Source: an uncultured delta proteobacterium
GTDB lineage: Bacteria > Desulfobacterota > Desulfuromonadia > Desulfuromonadales > BM103
DNA length: 64,000 nucleotides
NCBI GenBank assembly: GCA_963715335.1
Contig: CAVQRZ010000006.1
Location: forward strand, 1-64,000
Reading direction: 5' to 3'
The translations under genes were made by a program, and so were the position numbers. The notes beneath the pieces were generated by a model, which searched no databases, was not told the DNA's origin, and worked only from the letters and a program-made list of their open reading frames with translations. This document shows positions 31,498-41,521 of the stretch, in pieces. How positions within the stretch are numbered: position 1 is the stretch's first letter; each line of letters begins with the position of its first letter.

Positions 31498-31661
31498 CAA
31501 GTACCCCCAGCTTGTATGAAAACGTTCCCGACACGCCCGACTTGATCAGGACCATACCCATGTCCCCTCCGGCGTGGGATTTTCGGGCAGACAACCCAAT
31601 CGTAAGGTGTTGCTTTGGTGGCAACATATAGATTCCATCCTAATTCACAAAGGAGTAAAAA

Positions 31662-32657
31662 ATGGCTAAGCACAAGATTCTTCTGGTAAGTCTGGTGGTC
31701 GCAGTGGCATTCGTCGCTTCGGCAGCGGTGTCAGTGGCCGCCCCCATTGTCATCAAGTTCTCCCACGTCGTTGCCGAGAACACCCCCAAGGGCCAGATGG
31801 CCAATAAGTTCAAGGAGCTGGTCGATCAACGCCTCGCCGGCAAAGTTGTTGTCGAAGTTTTCCCCAACTCGCAGCTGTTCGGCGACGACAAGGTCCTTGA
31901 AGCCATGGCGCTGGGCGATGTCCAGTTAGCCGCTCCGGCGCTTTCCAAGTTTGAAAAGTACACCCCCTCACTGCAGATATTTGACCTGCCCTTCCTCTTC
32001 AAGGATATGGCCGCAGTCGAAAGATTCCAGCAGGGTCCGATCGGCCAGGAAATGCTGGTATCGATGAAAGACAAAGGCTACATCGGCCTCGGCTACCTGC
32101 ATAACGGCATGAAGGAAATTTCGGCCAACAGCCCGCTGCGGGTCCCGGCTGACGCCGCAGGCAAGAAGTTCCGCATCATGACCTCTGATGTTCTGGCTGC
32201 CCAGTACGAAGCCGTAGGGGCCATGCCTCTGAAGAAGCCGTTCTCCGAGGTCTTCACCCTGCTGCAGACCAAGGCGATCGATGGCCAGGAGAACACCTGG
32301 TCGAACATCTACTCGAAGAAATTCTTTGAAGTGCAGCCCTACATCACCCAGACTGACCATGGCGTTCTTGATTACCTGCTGGTGACCTCGACCGAGTTCT
32401 GGATGGGCCTGCCGGACGATATCCGTACCGAAATCAAAAAGGCTCTCGACGAAGCGACGGCGTTCGGCAACAAAGTCTCCGAGGACAAGGCCATCGAAGA
32501 CCGTCAGCTGATCATTGACTCCAAGCGTACCGAAGTCATCGTACTGACCGACGCCGAGCGTGCCCTGTGGGTTGAAGCCATGAAACCCGTCTGGAAGCAG
32601 TTCGAGGACAAAATCGGCGCAGACAAGATCGAAGCCGCCGTCAAATCCAACATGTAA
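31662..32657 (+). CDS. dctP: TRAP C4-dicarboxylate-type substrate-binding protein
   Basis: Signal peptide; KFSHVVAENTPKG, FDLPFLF, KKFRIM and DGQENTWSN motifs. Confidence 0.93.
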   Translation: MAKHKILLVSLVVAVAFVASAAVSVAAPIVIKFSHVVAENTPKGQMANKFKELVDQRLAGKVVVEVFPNSQLFGDDKVLEAMALGDVQLAAPALSKFEKYTPSLQIFDLPFLFKDMAAVERFQQGPIGQEMLVSMKDKGYIGLGYLHNGMKEISANSPLRVPADAAGKKFRIMTSDVLAAQYEAVGAMPLKKPFSEVFTLLQTKAIDGQENTWSNIYSKKFFEVQPYITQTDHGVLDYLLVTSTEFWMGLPDDIRTEIKKALDEATAFGNKVSEDKAIEDRQLIIDSKRTEVIVLTDAERALWVEAMKPVWKQFEDKIGADKIEAAVKSNM

Positions 32658-32747
32658 GCGGACGTCACTTCAGTCGCGGGCTCCGGAAACGGGGCCCGCG
32701 AATTTCTATCTGATCTGAATCTGCATGATTTCTGGTAAGGATTAACT

Positions 32748-33299
32748 ATGCTCGGGATAATTAATAAACTGGAGGAAATCTTTATTTGCCTCCTACTCGC
32801 ATCGATGACCTTACTGGTCTTTGTTGAGGTTGTGCTGCGCTTCGGCTTCGGCATCGGCTTGATGTGGTCCCAGGAACTGACCCTGCACCTCTCGGCCTGG
32901 ATGGTTCTGTTCGGGGTCTCTTACGGGATCAAGGTCGGCTCTCACATCGGCGTCGATGCACTGGTCAAGGTCTTGCCTGCGACCGCCCGGAAAGTCGTCG
33001 GCTTTCTGGCAGTCTCTGCCTGCCTGGTCTACTGCGGCCTGTTTGCCAGCGGCGCCTGGGTCTATCTGAGCAAAATGCATCAGATCGGTATTGAACTTGA
33101 CGACATGCCCATTCAAAAATGGGTTGCCCACAGCATTCTGCTGATCGGTATGGTGCTGATGGCCATCCGCTTGCTGATGCTTTTGTGGGGAATTTTCACA
33201 GGCAAAAACGAAGGTTTCCAGCTGGCCGACGAAGCCAAGGAGAGCCTGCATCTGGCTGAGGAAACCAAGGCCGCTGCCCGGGGAGGAGATTCAGCATGA
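32748..33299 (+). CDS. dctQ: TRAP small permease
   Basis: Four TM helices; WSQEL and GSHIGVD motifs. Confidence 0.9.
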   Translation: MLGIINKLEEIFICLLLASMTLLVFVEVVLRFGFGIGLMWSQELTLHLSAWMVLFGVSYGIKVGSHIGVDALVKVLPATARKVVGFLAVSACLVYCGLFASGAWVYLSKMHQIGIELDDMPIQKWVAHSILLIGMVLMAIRLLMLLWGIFTGKNEGFQLADEAKESLHLAEETKAAARGGDSA

Positions 33300-34696
33300 C
33301 CACCGCCGCACTTTTTTTATTACTACTCCTCTGCCTGCTGACCGGCATGCCGATCGCGTTTGCCCTGGGTCTTTCCAGCATCACCACGATCCTGCTGTTT
33401 TCCAATGATTCGCTGGCCTCAATCGCACTGAAACTGCTGGAGGCCGAATCCGCACACTACACCCTGCTGGCGATCCCCTTTTTCATCCTCTCGTCGACCT
33501 TTTTGTCGACCGGCGGCGTCGCCACCCGGATTATCAATTTCGCCATCGACTGCGTCGGCTGGATTCGCGGCGGCCTGGCGATGGCCTCGGTTTTGGCCTG
33601 TATGATCTTTGCCGCGGTCTCCGGGTCCTCACCGGCAACGGTCGCCGCCATCGGCTCGATCGTCATTGCCGGCATGGTCCAGGCCGGCTACCCCAAGGCC
33701 ATGGCTGCCGGGGTGATCACCAATGCCGGCACACTGGGCATCCTGATTCCACCTTCGATTGTCATGCTGGTATACGCCGCGGCGACCGAAGAGTCAGCCG
33801 CGCGGCTCTTCATGGCCGGCTTCCTCCCGGGCCTTTTGATGGGCACCATGCTGATGATCGTCATCTACGTCGTCGCCCGGATCAAAAAACTGCCGGCCCA
33901 ACCTTGGGTCGGCTTCCCAAGCCTGATAAAATCAAGCTTCACCGCCAGCTGGGGGCTGATGCTGATCGTCATCGTGCTCGGCTCGATCTACGGCGGCATC
34001 TGCAGTCCGACCGAAGCAGCAGCCATCTCAGCCGTTTACGCCTTCTTCATTGCCATCTTTATTTATCGCGACATGGGCCCGCTCAAGGGAATGAAATGGC
34101 GCGAGCATGAAACTGACGGCATCCCCAAAATCGTCGTACGCAACCTGTGGCTGACCAGCAAAGCCCTGCCGCTGTCATTTTTCCATAAGGACACCAAAAA
34201 GGTGCTGATGGATTCCGCGAAAGTTTCCATTATGCTGCTCTTTATCATCGGCAACGCCATGCTCTTCGCGCATGTCCTGACCACCGAGCGGATTCCCCAT
34301 CACATCGCCGAAATCATCGTCGGCTGGGGCCTGCCCGCCTGGGGCTTCCTGATCGTCGTCAACCTGCTGCTGCTCGCCGCAGGCAACTTCATGGAACCAT
34401 CGGCAATCCTTCTGATCATGGCGCCGATCCTCTTCCCCATCGCCGTCAAATTGGGGATCGACCCGATCCACCTTGGCGTCATCATGGTCGTCAACATGGA
34501 GATCGGCATGATCACGCCGCCGGTTGGACTCAACCTGTTTGTCACCGCCGGAATAACCGGAGAAAACATCACGTGGGTCCTCAAAGCCGCACTCCCCTGG
34601 CTGCTGATCCTGCTGGTGTTCCTGATCATGATCACTTACATCCCACAGATCTCGTTGTGGCTCCCTGAGTATATTGATCATCTCAAGGGATATTGA
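33296..34696 (+). CDS. dctM: TRAP large permease
   Basis: LLAIPFF, SGSSPAT, GILIPPSI and TPPVGLNLFV motifs. Confidence 0.93.
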   Translation: MTTAALFLLLLLCLLTGMPIAFALGLSSITTILLFSNDSLASIALKLLEAESAHYTLLAIPFFILSSTFLSTGGVATRIINFAIDCVGWIRGGLAMASVLACMIFAAVSGSSPATVAAIGSIVIAGMVQAGYPKAMAAGVITNAGTLGILIPPSIVMLVYAAATEESAARLFMAGFLPGLLMGTMLMIVIYVVARIKKLPAQPWVGFPSLIKSSFTASWGLMLIVIVLGSIYGGICSPTEAAAISAVYAFFIAIFIYRDMGPLKGMKWREHETDGIPKIVVRNLWLTSKALPLSFFHKDTKKVLMDSAKVSIMLLFIIGNAMLFAHVLTTERIPHHIAEIIVGWGLPAWGFLIVVNLLLLAAGNFMEPSAILLIMAPILFPIAVKLGIDPIHLGVIMVVNMEIGMITPPVGLNLFVTAGITGENITWVLKAALPWLLILLVFLIMITYIPQISLWLPEYIDHLKGY

Positions 34697-34710
34697 TCGT
34701 TCCAACCTTC

Positions 34711-34740
34711 CAGGCGCGGGGAGATCCTCCCCGCGCCTGA
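34711..34740 (+). terminator. Hairpin after dctM
   Basis: CAGGCGCGGGGAG-AT-CCTCCCCGCGCCTG. Confidence 0.6.
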
Positions 34741-34824
34741 TTACAACAACGGCATTTATCAGTAGAATACTTTAAAAACAAGCTGAGCCTATCGAACCCT
34801 AGATGTTCTGCCTGGAGAGAAACC

Positions 34825-35313
34825 ATGCTGCCTTATTACGAGAATATTCTTTACGCAACCGACCTGACACCGAATTCTGAATACGCATTCAAGCACGCAA
34901 TCCTGCTGGCCAGGAAGTCACAGGCAAAAGTCCATTTGCTGCATGTCATCCCCGAAATCGATGCAGGTTTTCGCAGCTACGTCTCCGCAGTCATGGGCGC
35001 AGGAAAACTCGAAGCGTTTGAAGGTCAGCACGAAGAGCAGGCGCGGATTGCCTTGAAGGGGCGCCTTGAAAAATTTGCTCACGATGAGTTGGAAGATCGC
35101 CCCGAGGATCTGCAAAACATCGCGAGCATTGAAGTTGTTCATGGCCATGCGGTTTCTGAAATCCTACAGGCAGCAGATCGCCTGAAGGTCGATGTTATTG
35201 TCATGGGTACACACGGCAAAGGCACAATAGGGCACACCTTCCTCGGTAGCGTAGCTGAAAAAGTTTTGCACAAATCGAAAAAACCGGTTTTCGTTATTCC
35301 AATCCCCGATTAA
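34825..35313 (+). CDS. Universal stress protein
   Basis: ILYATDL, LLHVI and IVMGTHG...LGSVAEKV motifs. Confidence 0.92.
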   Translation: MLPYYENILYATDLTPNSEYAFKHAILLARKSQAKVHLLHVIPEIDAGFRSYVSAVMGAGKLEAFEGQHEEQARIALKGRLEKFAHDELEDRPEDLQNIASIEVVHGHAVSEILQAADRLKVDVIVMGTHGKGTIGHTFLGSVAEKVLHKSKKPVFVIPIPD

Positions 35314-35690
35314 AGACTGCATTGCCAAAATTTGCAAACACTTGCAAACACTAAGGGCCACGGTTTAAGTGGCCCTTTTTTATTCATCGATCTTAAGCCC
35401 ATACTTGTCAGTATTGCCGCATCAATTATAGCATGGATACATCCTAAAACGCTGATATACTGCTGCAGTAAAGTCGTTTATGGTCGCGTTGGGGGCTTTT
35501 TTCATGTTTTCCAACCCCCACAAAAAGCCATTCCAATCAAGCAAAACCATTGCAATAATAGAACATTGTGTTTTAATCTTAAAATCCAGCATTCATGGGG
35601 GCTGTATTCCTTTGCCTGCAAAGGCAAGTTGTTAGTTACAAAATCGACCACAGCAAGCACCTGGCAACAACAACCCAAGAGGAGGAAAAG

Positions 35691-36686
35691 ATGAAAACTG
35701 TCACACGCACCCTGTCCCTGATCAGTGCGCTCGCACTGGTCGCAGCCTTTGCCCTGCCCAGCACGGCGCTCGCGGAAAAAACCCGTCTCGGTTTTGGCGG
35801 CGGCCCTGAAGGGGGCACCTTCCAGTACTTCTCCAACGGGATTGCTTCTCGCCTGTCGAAGATGATCCCCGATGTGGAAGTCTCCAACATGGCATCGGCC
35901 GGCTCGGTCGAAAACCTCCGCCGCGCCAATTCCGGCGAAATTGACTTCGGCATCTCCTATTCCGGCGACACCTATCTTGGTCGCAATGGCAAGTTGACCA
36001 ACGATACCACCGTATACCCCAATGTCATGGCCATGGCATTTCTTTACGGTGCTCCTGCCCATCTGGTCGTACTTGAGAAAAGCGGCATCAACACGGTTGC
36101 TGACCTCGAAGGCAAGCGCATTGCCGTTGGTGACTCAGGCTCCGGTGCCGCCGCCGCGGCCCAGCGTTATTTCAGCTCTATCGGCCTGTGGGATAAGATG
36201 AATGTCGAGTTCATCGGCTACAGCAAGGCCGCAGCAGCAATCGGTGACGGCCTGATCGACGCCATGTGGGTGTTTGCCGGTTTCCCCAACAGTTCGGTGA
36301 TCCAGGCAGCCGCCAGCAACAAGATCAAACTCCTCTCCACCTATGAAGCTGGGGAAAAGGGCGGCGCCTTTAAAGAGTACCCATTCTATGCCCCGCTGAC
36401 CATCCCTGCCGGCACCTACAGTGGGGTCGACTATGACGTCAAGTCCTTCCAGGATTCCGCCCTTTGGGTCGCCGGCAAGCATGTCGCTCCCGAGCACGTT
36501 TATGCGGCCCTGGCCAACATTTACACCGAGGATGGCCTCTCCTACATGGTCAAGGTCAAGAGCACGGCCAAGTCCATGTCGGTGGAAGGAGCCCTCACCG
36601 GCATCGTCACCCCGGTTCACCCCGGCGCTCAGAAGTTCTGGAAAGAGCAGGGTCTAACTCTGACCGAAGCACAAATGGGTATGTAA
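35691..36686 (+). CDS. TAXI-family TRAP solute-binding protein
   Basis: Signal peptide; GGTF, AGSVEN, GKRIAVG..GSG and PVHPGA motifs; RBS GAGGAGG. Confidence 0.92.
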   Translation: MKTVTRTLSLISALALVAAFALPSTALAEKTRLGFGGGPEGGTFQYFSNGIASRLSKMIPDVEVSNMASAGSVENLRRANSGEIDFGISYSGDTYLGRNGKLTNDTTVYPNVMAMAFLYGAPAHLVVLEKSGINTVADLEGKRIAVGDSGSGAAAAAQRYFSSIGLWDKMNVEFIGYSKAAAAIGDGLIDAMWVFAGFPNSSVIQAAASNKIKLLSTYEAGEKGGAFKEYPFYAPLTIPAGTYSGVDYDVKSFQDSALWVAGKHVAPEHVYAALANIYTEDGLSYMVKVKSTAKSMSVEGALTGIVTPVHPGAQKFWKEQGLTLTEAQMGM

Positions 36687-36804
36687 CCCCATCCTCAACA
36701 ACTGATCGGGAAGCGGGGCCGTACGGCCCCGCTTCTTGTCGATGCAATATTTTTGATGCATTTGGCAGCAATGCCCATATTTCACATCTAGGCAGGGACA
36801 GCGC

Positions 36805-39402
36805 ATGGCTGAAGAACTCCAAGACGATTTAAAGGACCTCTCCGCTGAGGAAAAGGAAAAACTCAAGAAGCTGATGGAGAAGGACTCCAAGTCCTATCGG
36901 TCACCGACCGGACTCTTCAAATGGCTGGTCGCGGTGCTCGGTGCCAGCATGGTCCTCTTCTATTTCTATGCGGCCGGCATGGCTGCCGTCGCCACCAATT
37001 ATCATCTCGGGGTTTATGTCTTTGTCACCTACGTACTGGTCTTCCTGCTCTACCCGGCAGGCAAGGTCCGGATACGCATTCCGCTTTCGTTGATCATCGG
37101 CGGCATCTTCTCCTGCGCTATTGCAGCCCTGGGTTTCTTTGGCACCATCGACGAATTCCATGCGGCAATCACCAGCGGCAACGTGCGCCTGATCGTTGCC
37201 ATAACCATCGGAGGTCTCGTAATCGGCGCAGCCGCCATCTTAATAGACAATTTCATGATGCAGAGGTGGCCGAAAAATCCAACCCTCTCGGATATCCTCT
37301 ATGCCCTGACCTCTGCGGCAGTTGTCTACTACTGGATACACGAATTCGAAGTTCTCAATTATCGGGCCGGCGCTGAGACCAACCTTGACGCAATGGTCAG
37401 TATCGTCGGCATCATTCTCTCCCTGGAAGTCTGTCGACGGGTCCTCGGTTTGTCGATGACTTTTATCGGCGTTGCCATGTTCATCTACGGTTATCTCGGA
37501 CCGATTTTCCCGGAGATTATCGCCCACCGCGGTTTCGGTATCGAACGCCTGTGTACTGCTCTTTACCTGACAACCAACGGGGTCTTCGGGGTCATGGCCA
37601 ACGTTTTGGCGACCTACGTCATCCTGTTTATCTTTTTTGGCGCCTTCCTCCACAAGTCGGGGGCTGGAAAGTTCTTCATTGATTTTCCCCTGGCATTGGC
37701 CGGCCGCACCACCGGTGGTCCGGCGAAGGTTGCTGTGATTGCCTCGGCCTTCTTCGGTTCGGTCTCCGGAAGCGCGATTGCCAACACCGTCTCCACCGGC
37801 GCATTCACCATTCCGTTGATGAAACGCGCCGGTTTCAAGCCGCACGTTGCCGGTGCCATCGAACCCGCGGCCTCGATAGGCGGCATGTTCCTGCCACCGG
37901 TCATGGGCGCCGGCGGGTTCCTGATGGCTGAACTGACGGAAGTCTCTTACGCCTATATCATGATGATCGCTGTCTTCCCCGCCCTGCTCTACTTCTTCTC
38001 GGTCTTCTGCATGATTCACTTCGAGGCCAAGAAGCAGGGAATCAAGGGGATTGAGGACGAGGAATACCCTCCCTGGAAGGCCGTCCTGAAAAAGCAGTGG
38101 TATTACTCCCTGCCGTTATTCATCATCACGATCCTCATGATCATAGGGAAATCCCCCGGGATGGCGGCTTTCTGGTCTGCATTGTCATGTATTGTCGTCA
38201 GCTGGGTGAGGCAGGACAGGAAAGTCTCGTTAACGGACAGATTGATTTATCTCCCTTTTACGGTCCTGTTTATTTTGATTGTTCTGCTCGGCTTTATCGA
38301 GCTTCCAGTTAATGACTTGTTCGGATTTAAAATCCAATTTTTCATTTCTTTACTGGCAACGGTCTGGTGCCTGTTGGTCAGCGCTTTCCGTAAAGACATT
38401 GCGATGGATCTGAAAGGCATCTGGGCGGCGATCCTGACCGGCGCCAACAACACCCTGATCATCGGTGCCACGCTCGGTGTTATCGGCATCATCGTTGGCA
38501 CCATTTCCCTGACCGGCATCGGCCTCAAGTTCTCCGACATCATTATTTCGCTGGCCAGCGGCAACCTGTTCTTAGCGATAATACTGGTCGCGCTGGCTTC
38601 ACTGGTCCTCGGCATGGGTGTCCCGGTCACGGCAGCATACCTGATCACTGCAGTGCTCGCAGTCCCCCCTCTGATGGAGATGGGTGTACCCCTGCTCTGC
38701 GCTCACATGATCGTCTACTGGTTCAGCCAGGACTCGAACATCACGCCACCGGTTTGCGTGGCGGCTTACGCCGGAGCTGCGATTGCCGGATCTGATCCAT
38801 GGAAGACCGGCTGGACCAGTTTCAAGTTTGCCAAACTGCTCTACGTCATGCCGATTCTGTTTGCCTTCACCCCGGCAATCCTGTTCCAGCCACACACGGC
38901 CAACGTCAAGGTGCCAAAGCTCGGCGACATGCCTTTTGCATCGGTCGTTTCAGTGGCAGTCAAGGAGGGGGATCATATCAACGAGGGTGATGTCGTGGCC
39001 CAGATTATGATCGGTGACGAAATCCGCGATATCAAAGCGAAGCGGGGCGGCAACGTGACCGATGTCAAGATTTTCCCCGGCGGCATGGTCAATGCGAAAG
39101 AAACGATCATCGAAGCCAATGATCCGGCAACCGGGCTGCAGACTGCGTCTTCCTTCTTCTCGGCGGTGCTGGGGACGATTGCCTTCTCGGCGACAACCAT
39201 GTTCTTCTGGTTCCGTCGCACCACACTCTTTGAGTGGGTTTTTCTGGCAGTCGGCACCGTATTTCTATACTGGCCGACACTGATAACGGATGCGATCGGC
39301 ATTGCCCTGGTTGGCATGGTCATCTTCATGCAGATCAACAAGAACAAGAAAGAGCACGGATCTATGCTGGCGCCTAAAATCGGAGCGGAGGGGGCCGGGT
39401 GA
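36805..39402 (+). CDS. TAXI-TRAP fused 4TM/12TM permease with an inserted lipoyl/biotinyl-like domain
   Basis: GGPAKVAV, SGSAIAN, PPVMGAGGF, LGMGVP and ITPPVC motifs; soluble beta-sandwich-like insert at ~38899-39120. Confidence 0.92.
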   Translation: MAEELQDDLKDLSAEEKEKLKKLMEKDSKSYRSPTGLFKWLVAVLGASMVLFYFYAAGMAAVATNYHLGVYVFVTYVLVFLLYPAGKVRIRIPLSLIIGGIFSCAIAALGFFGTIDEFHAAITSGNVRLIVAITIGGLVIGAAAILIDNFMMQRWPKNPTLSDILYALTSAAVVYYWIHEFEVLNYRAGAETNLDAMVSIVGIILSLEVCRRVLGLSMTFIGVAMFIYGYLGPIFPEIIAHRGFGIERLCTALYLTTNGVFGVMANVLATYVILFIFFGAFLHKSGAGKFFIDFPLALAGRTTGGPAKVAVIASAFFGSVSGSAIANTVSTGAFTIPLMKRAGFKPHVAGAIEPAASIGGMFLPPVMGAGGFLMAELTEVSYAYIMMIAVFPALLYFFSVFCMIHFEAKKQGIKGIEDEEYPPWKAVLKKQWYYSLPLFIITILMIIGKSPGMAAFWSALSCIVVSWVRQDRKVSLTDRLIYLPFTVLFILIVLLGFIELPVNDLFGFKIQFFISLLATVWCLLVSAFRKDIAMDLKGIWAAILTGANNTLIIGATLGVIGIIVGTISLTGIGLKFSDIIISLASGNLFLAIILVALASLVLGMGVPVTAAYLITAVLAVPPLMEMGVPLLCAHMIVYWFSQDSNITPPVCVAAYAGAAIAGSDPWKTGWTSFKFAKLLYVMPILFAFTPAILFQPHTANVKVPKLGDMPFASVVSVAVKEGDHINEGDVVAQIMIGDEIRDIKAKRGGNVTDVKIFPGGMVNAKETIIEANDPATGLQTASSFFSAVLGTIAFSATTMFFWFRRTTLFEWVFLAVGTVFLYWPTLITDAIGIALVGMVIFMQINKNKKEHGSMLAPKIGAEGAG

Positions 39403-39845
39403 TGAAACAGTTCGACAACATCCTGTTTGCCACTGACTTTTCTAACGCATCAGCGCCTGCCGCCGATTACGCAATCACCCTGGCAAAGTTGACTGGTGCG
39501 CACTTGCATGTCCTCCACGTGATCAACGAGCTCGATGAACCCCAGCGGGTCATGATCCCACGGGAGGCGTTCCTGATCCTGGAAAAGGAAATCGAGGTTC
39601 AGGCCATCAGGGAACTGGAAAGGTTCTGCAAAGGGCCTGCGGCAGGGGTAAACACGACCAGCTATGCAGTGGTCGGTGCCGCGTTCCAGAAGATTCTCGA
39701 GACCGGCGCCAAGGTTAATGCCGACCTGATCGTCATGGGAACGCACGGGCGTACCGGGATCGAGCAGGTAATCGTCGGCAGTACCGCGGAACGGGTGGTC
39801 AGGCGATCAAAGATTCCGGTTCTGACCGTACGCTCTCAAGACTGA
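39399..39845 (+). CDS. Universal stress protein
   Basis: ILFATDFS and IVMGTHGRTG...GSTAERVVR motifs; overlaps the permease stop. Confidence 0.92.
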   Translation: MMKQFDNILFATDFSNASAPAADYAITLAKLTGAHLHVLHVINELDEPQRVMIPREAFLILEKEIEVQAIRELERFCKGPAAGVNTTSYAVVGAAFQKILETGAKVNADLIVMGTHGRTGIEQVIVGSTAERVVRRSKIPVLTVRSQD

Positions 39846-39851
39846 CACGAA

Positions 39852-39887
39852 AAAGAGGCGGGGCCAAAAGCTCCGCCTCTTACTTTT
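39852..39887. terminator. Bidirectional terminator
   Basis: AAGAGGCGGGGC-loop-GCTCCGCCTCTT between convergent genes. Confidence 0.7.
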
Positions 39888-39908
39888 TAACTTGTCCTGC
39901 CCAAGATA

Positions 39909-40283
39909 TCATTCCGGCAGGAGCCCCCGCCGACGCATTTCGTTGCGAACATCGTCGCGCCTGAGTTTCAACTCCCGGGCAGTACTGTTTACACTGCTGC
40001 CCCCCAACCACTGTTCGGTCCGGACTCCGTAACCTGAACTGCCTCCCCACGAACCGAGACCGAAACCGATCCCGACATCGCCGCTGCTGGAACGGCTTGA
40101 GTTGACAAGTTCGTCACTCAACTTCTGCTCGTAATCGACAAGTTGCGTGTTCGTCATTTTCAGGTAATCCTGCTCAAGCAGGAAGGTGACCTCTGAAGGG
40201 GGCCCCGCCGACATGCAGCCCACCAGAACAAGCCCGCAGAGAATGACGATAACCGTACGCAGGCAATCAGGGTTGCGATCCAT
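39909..40283 (-). CDS. Hypothetical lipoprotein
   Basis: Lipobox LVGC; Gly-rich GIGFGLG segment. Confidence 0.65.
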   Translation of the reverse strand: MDRNPDCLRTVIVILCGLVLVGCMSAGPPSEVTFLLEQDYLKMTNTQLVDYEQKLSDELVNSSRSSSGDVGIGFGLGSWGGSSGYGVRTEQWLGGSSVNSTARELKLRRDDVRNEMRRRGLLPE

Positions 40284-41313
40284 TCGATTCCTCCGGCAGC
40301 ACTACGGGAAGACTTAAGGTAAACCTGGTCCCATATCCAGGTTTGGAGATGAAGCGTACATCGCCTGAGAGCAAGCGTGCCAGTAGCTGCATGCTGTATG
40401 TTCCCAGCCCGCGGCCAGCCCCTTTGGTGGAGAAGTCCCGCTGGAAAATTCTCTGCTGGTACTCCCCCGGGATCACTGCAGAATTGTGGACCCAGAGATT
40501 CAGTCGTCTGTCCCGAATCTCTGCGCCGAGAGTCACTGTGTCCTCTGCCAATGAAGCTTCCACGGCATTTTTCAGCATATTCCCCAGAATCCGGCGCAAA
40601 AGGGTCGCGTCACTGACAAAAGGAGTCGTAACAGTTGCGGCATCGATCTGCACGGTGCGATTGCGGACCACATCCTGCCCCTCATAAAGCTCTGCAACAT
40701 CGTCAAGGATTTGTACACTGTCCAAAACCTGATTGTCGACTATCACTTCTCCCTTCTCCACGGCCAGGAGGACCCGCTGGGCATCAATCTCATCGATGAC
40801 TCTTTGCGAAGCCAGTTGAATCCTGCGGCTGATGTCCAGGCGATCAACCTGGTTGTCAACTTCCAAGAGCGCCGCGAACCCGCGGATACTGCCGACCAGG
40901 TTGAGGATGTCATGAAAAAAAGTTCGTTCCAGTGCCAAGCGGCGTCTTTCGTGACTGATGTCCATACCCGCCAGCACGGAAAAATCCTCATCGGCATATC
41001 GCAATGGTGACGACCAGACCCGTAACGTCAGGTTTTGTGTGGCTATCCCTTCCCTGCGCGTAATCATGCACTCCTGGACGTTCTCTTTACCTGCCAGACC
41101 CGAGAGCATGGCCGTGAGAGCTCCACAGGTTTCACAGGAGGTTCCCATACCGCAACCGGAGTCAAGATCGTGGATCACATGACATGCCAGGACATCACCG
41201 ACCAGACGCCCCAACAGGCCTGCCGAACTCGCATGCCCGGCAAGCTCACAGAAAGCCCGGTTGGCAAAAATGATCTGACGATAACGGTTGAGCACCAGGA
41301 CAATGCCCGGCAT
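40267..41313 (-). CDS. PAS sensor histidine kinase (true start probably upstream, ~41448)
   Basis: FFHDILN H-box, NMLKNAVEA and FSTKGAGRGLG motifs; Cys cluster C..GCG...C..CG in the PAS region. Confidence 0.88.
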   Translation of the reverse strand: MPGIVLVLNRYRQIIFANRAFCELAGHASSAGLLGRLVGDVLACHVIHDLDSGCGMGTSCETCGALTAMLSGLAGKENVQECMITRREGIATQNLTLRVWSSPLRYADEDFSVLAGMDISHERRRLALERTFFHDILNLVGSIRGFAALLEVDNQVDRLDISRRIQLASQRVIDEIDAQRVLLAVEKGEVIVDNQVLDSVQILDDVAELYEGQDVVRNRTVQIDAATVTTPFVSDATLLRRILGNMLKNAVEASLAEDTVTLGAEIRDRRLNLWVHNSAVIPGEYQQRIFQRDFSTKGAGRGLGTYSMQLLARLLSGDVRFISKPGYGTRFTLSLPVVLPEESNGSQP

Positions 41314-41521
41314 TGAATCAAGGAGGTTACGGATCAGGAGGACACTGGAAAAATAGGCGGACTGGCGCGACAGTTCGCCCCTGGTCGCGAATTTACTGTT
41401 ATCAATCGCCCTGATTTTTTCTGCAATTTGAGCGTGAGTTGTGTTCAGATCAAATCTCCTGAGCGGTCATTGGCGCAGAGAACTAACATTCAGAGGAACC
41501 GCTGTCTCTGTACGAGAAGCA

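Noticed and set aside
30945..31545. Short ORFs between ispE and dctP
   Set aside because: No motifs or clear RBS; the region is better explained as divergent promoter and enhancer DNA.
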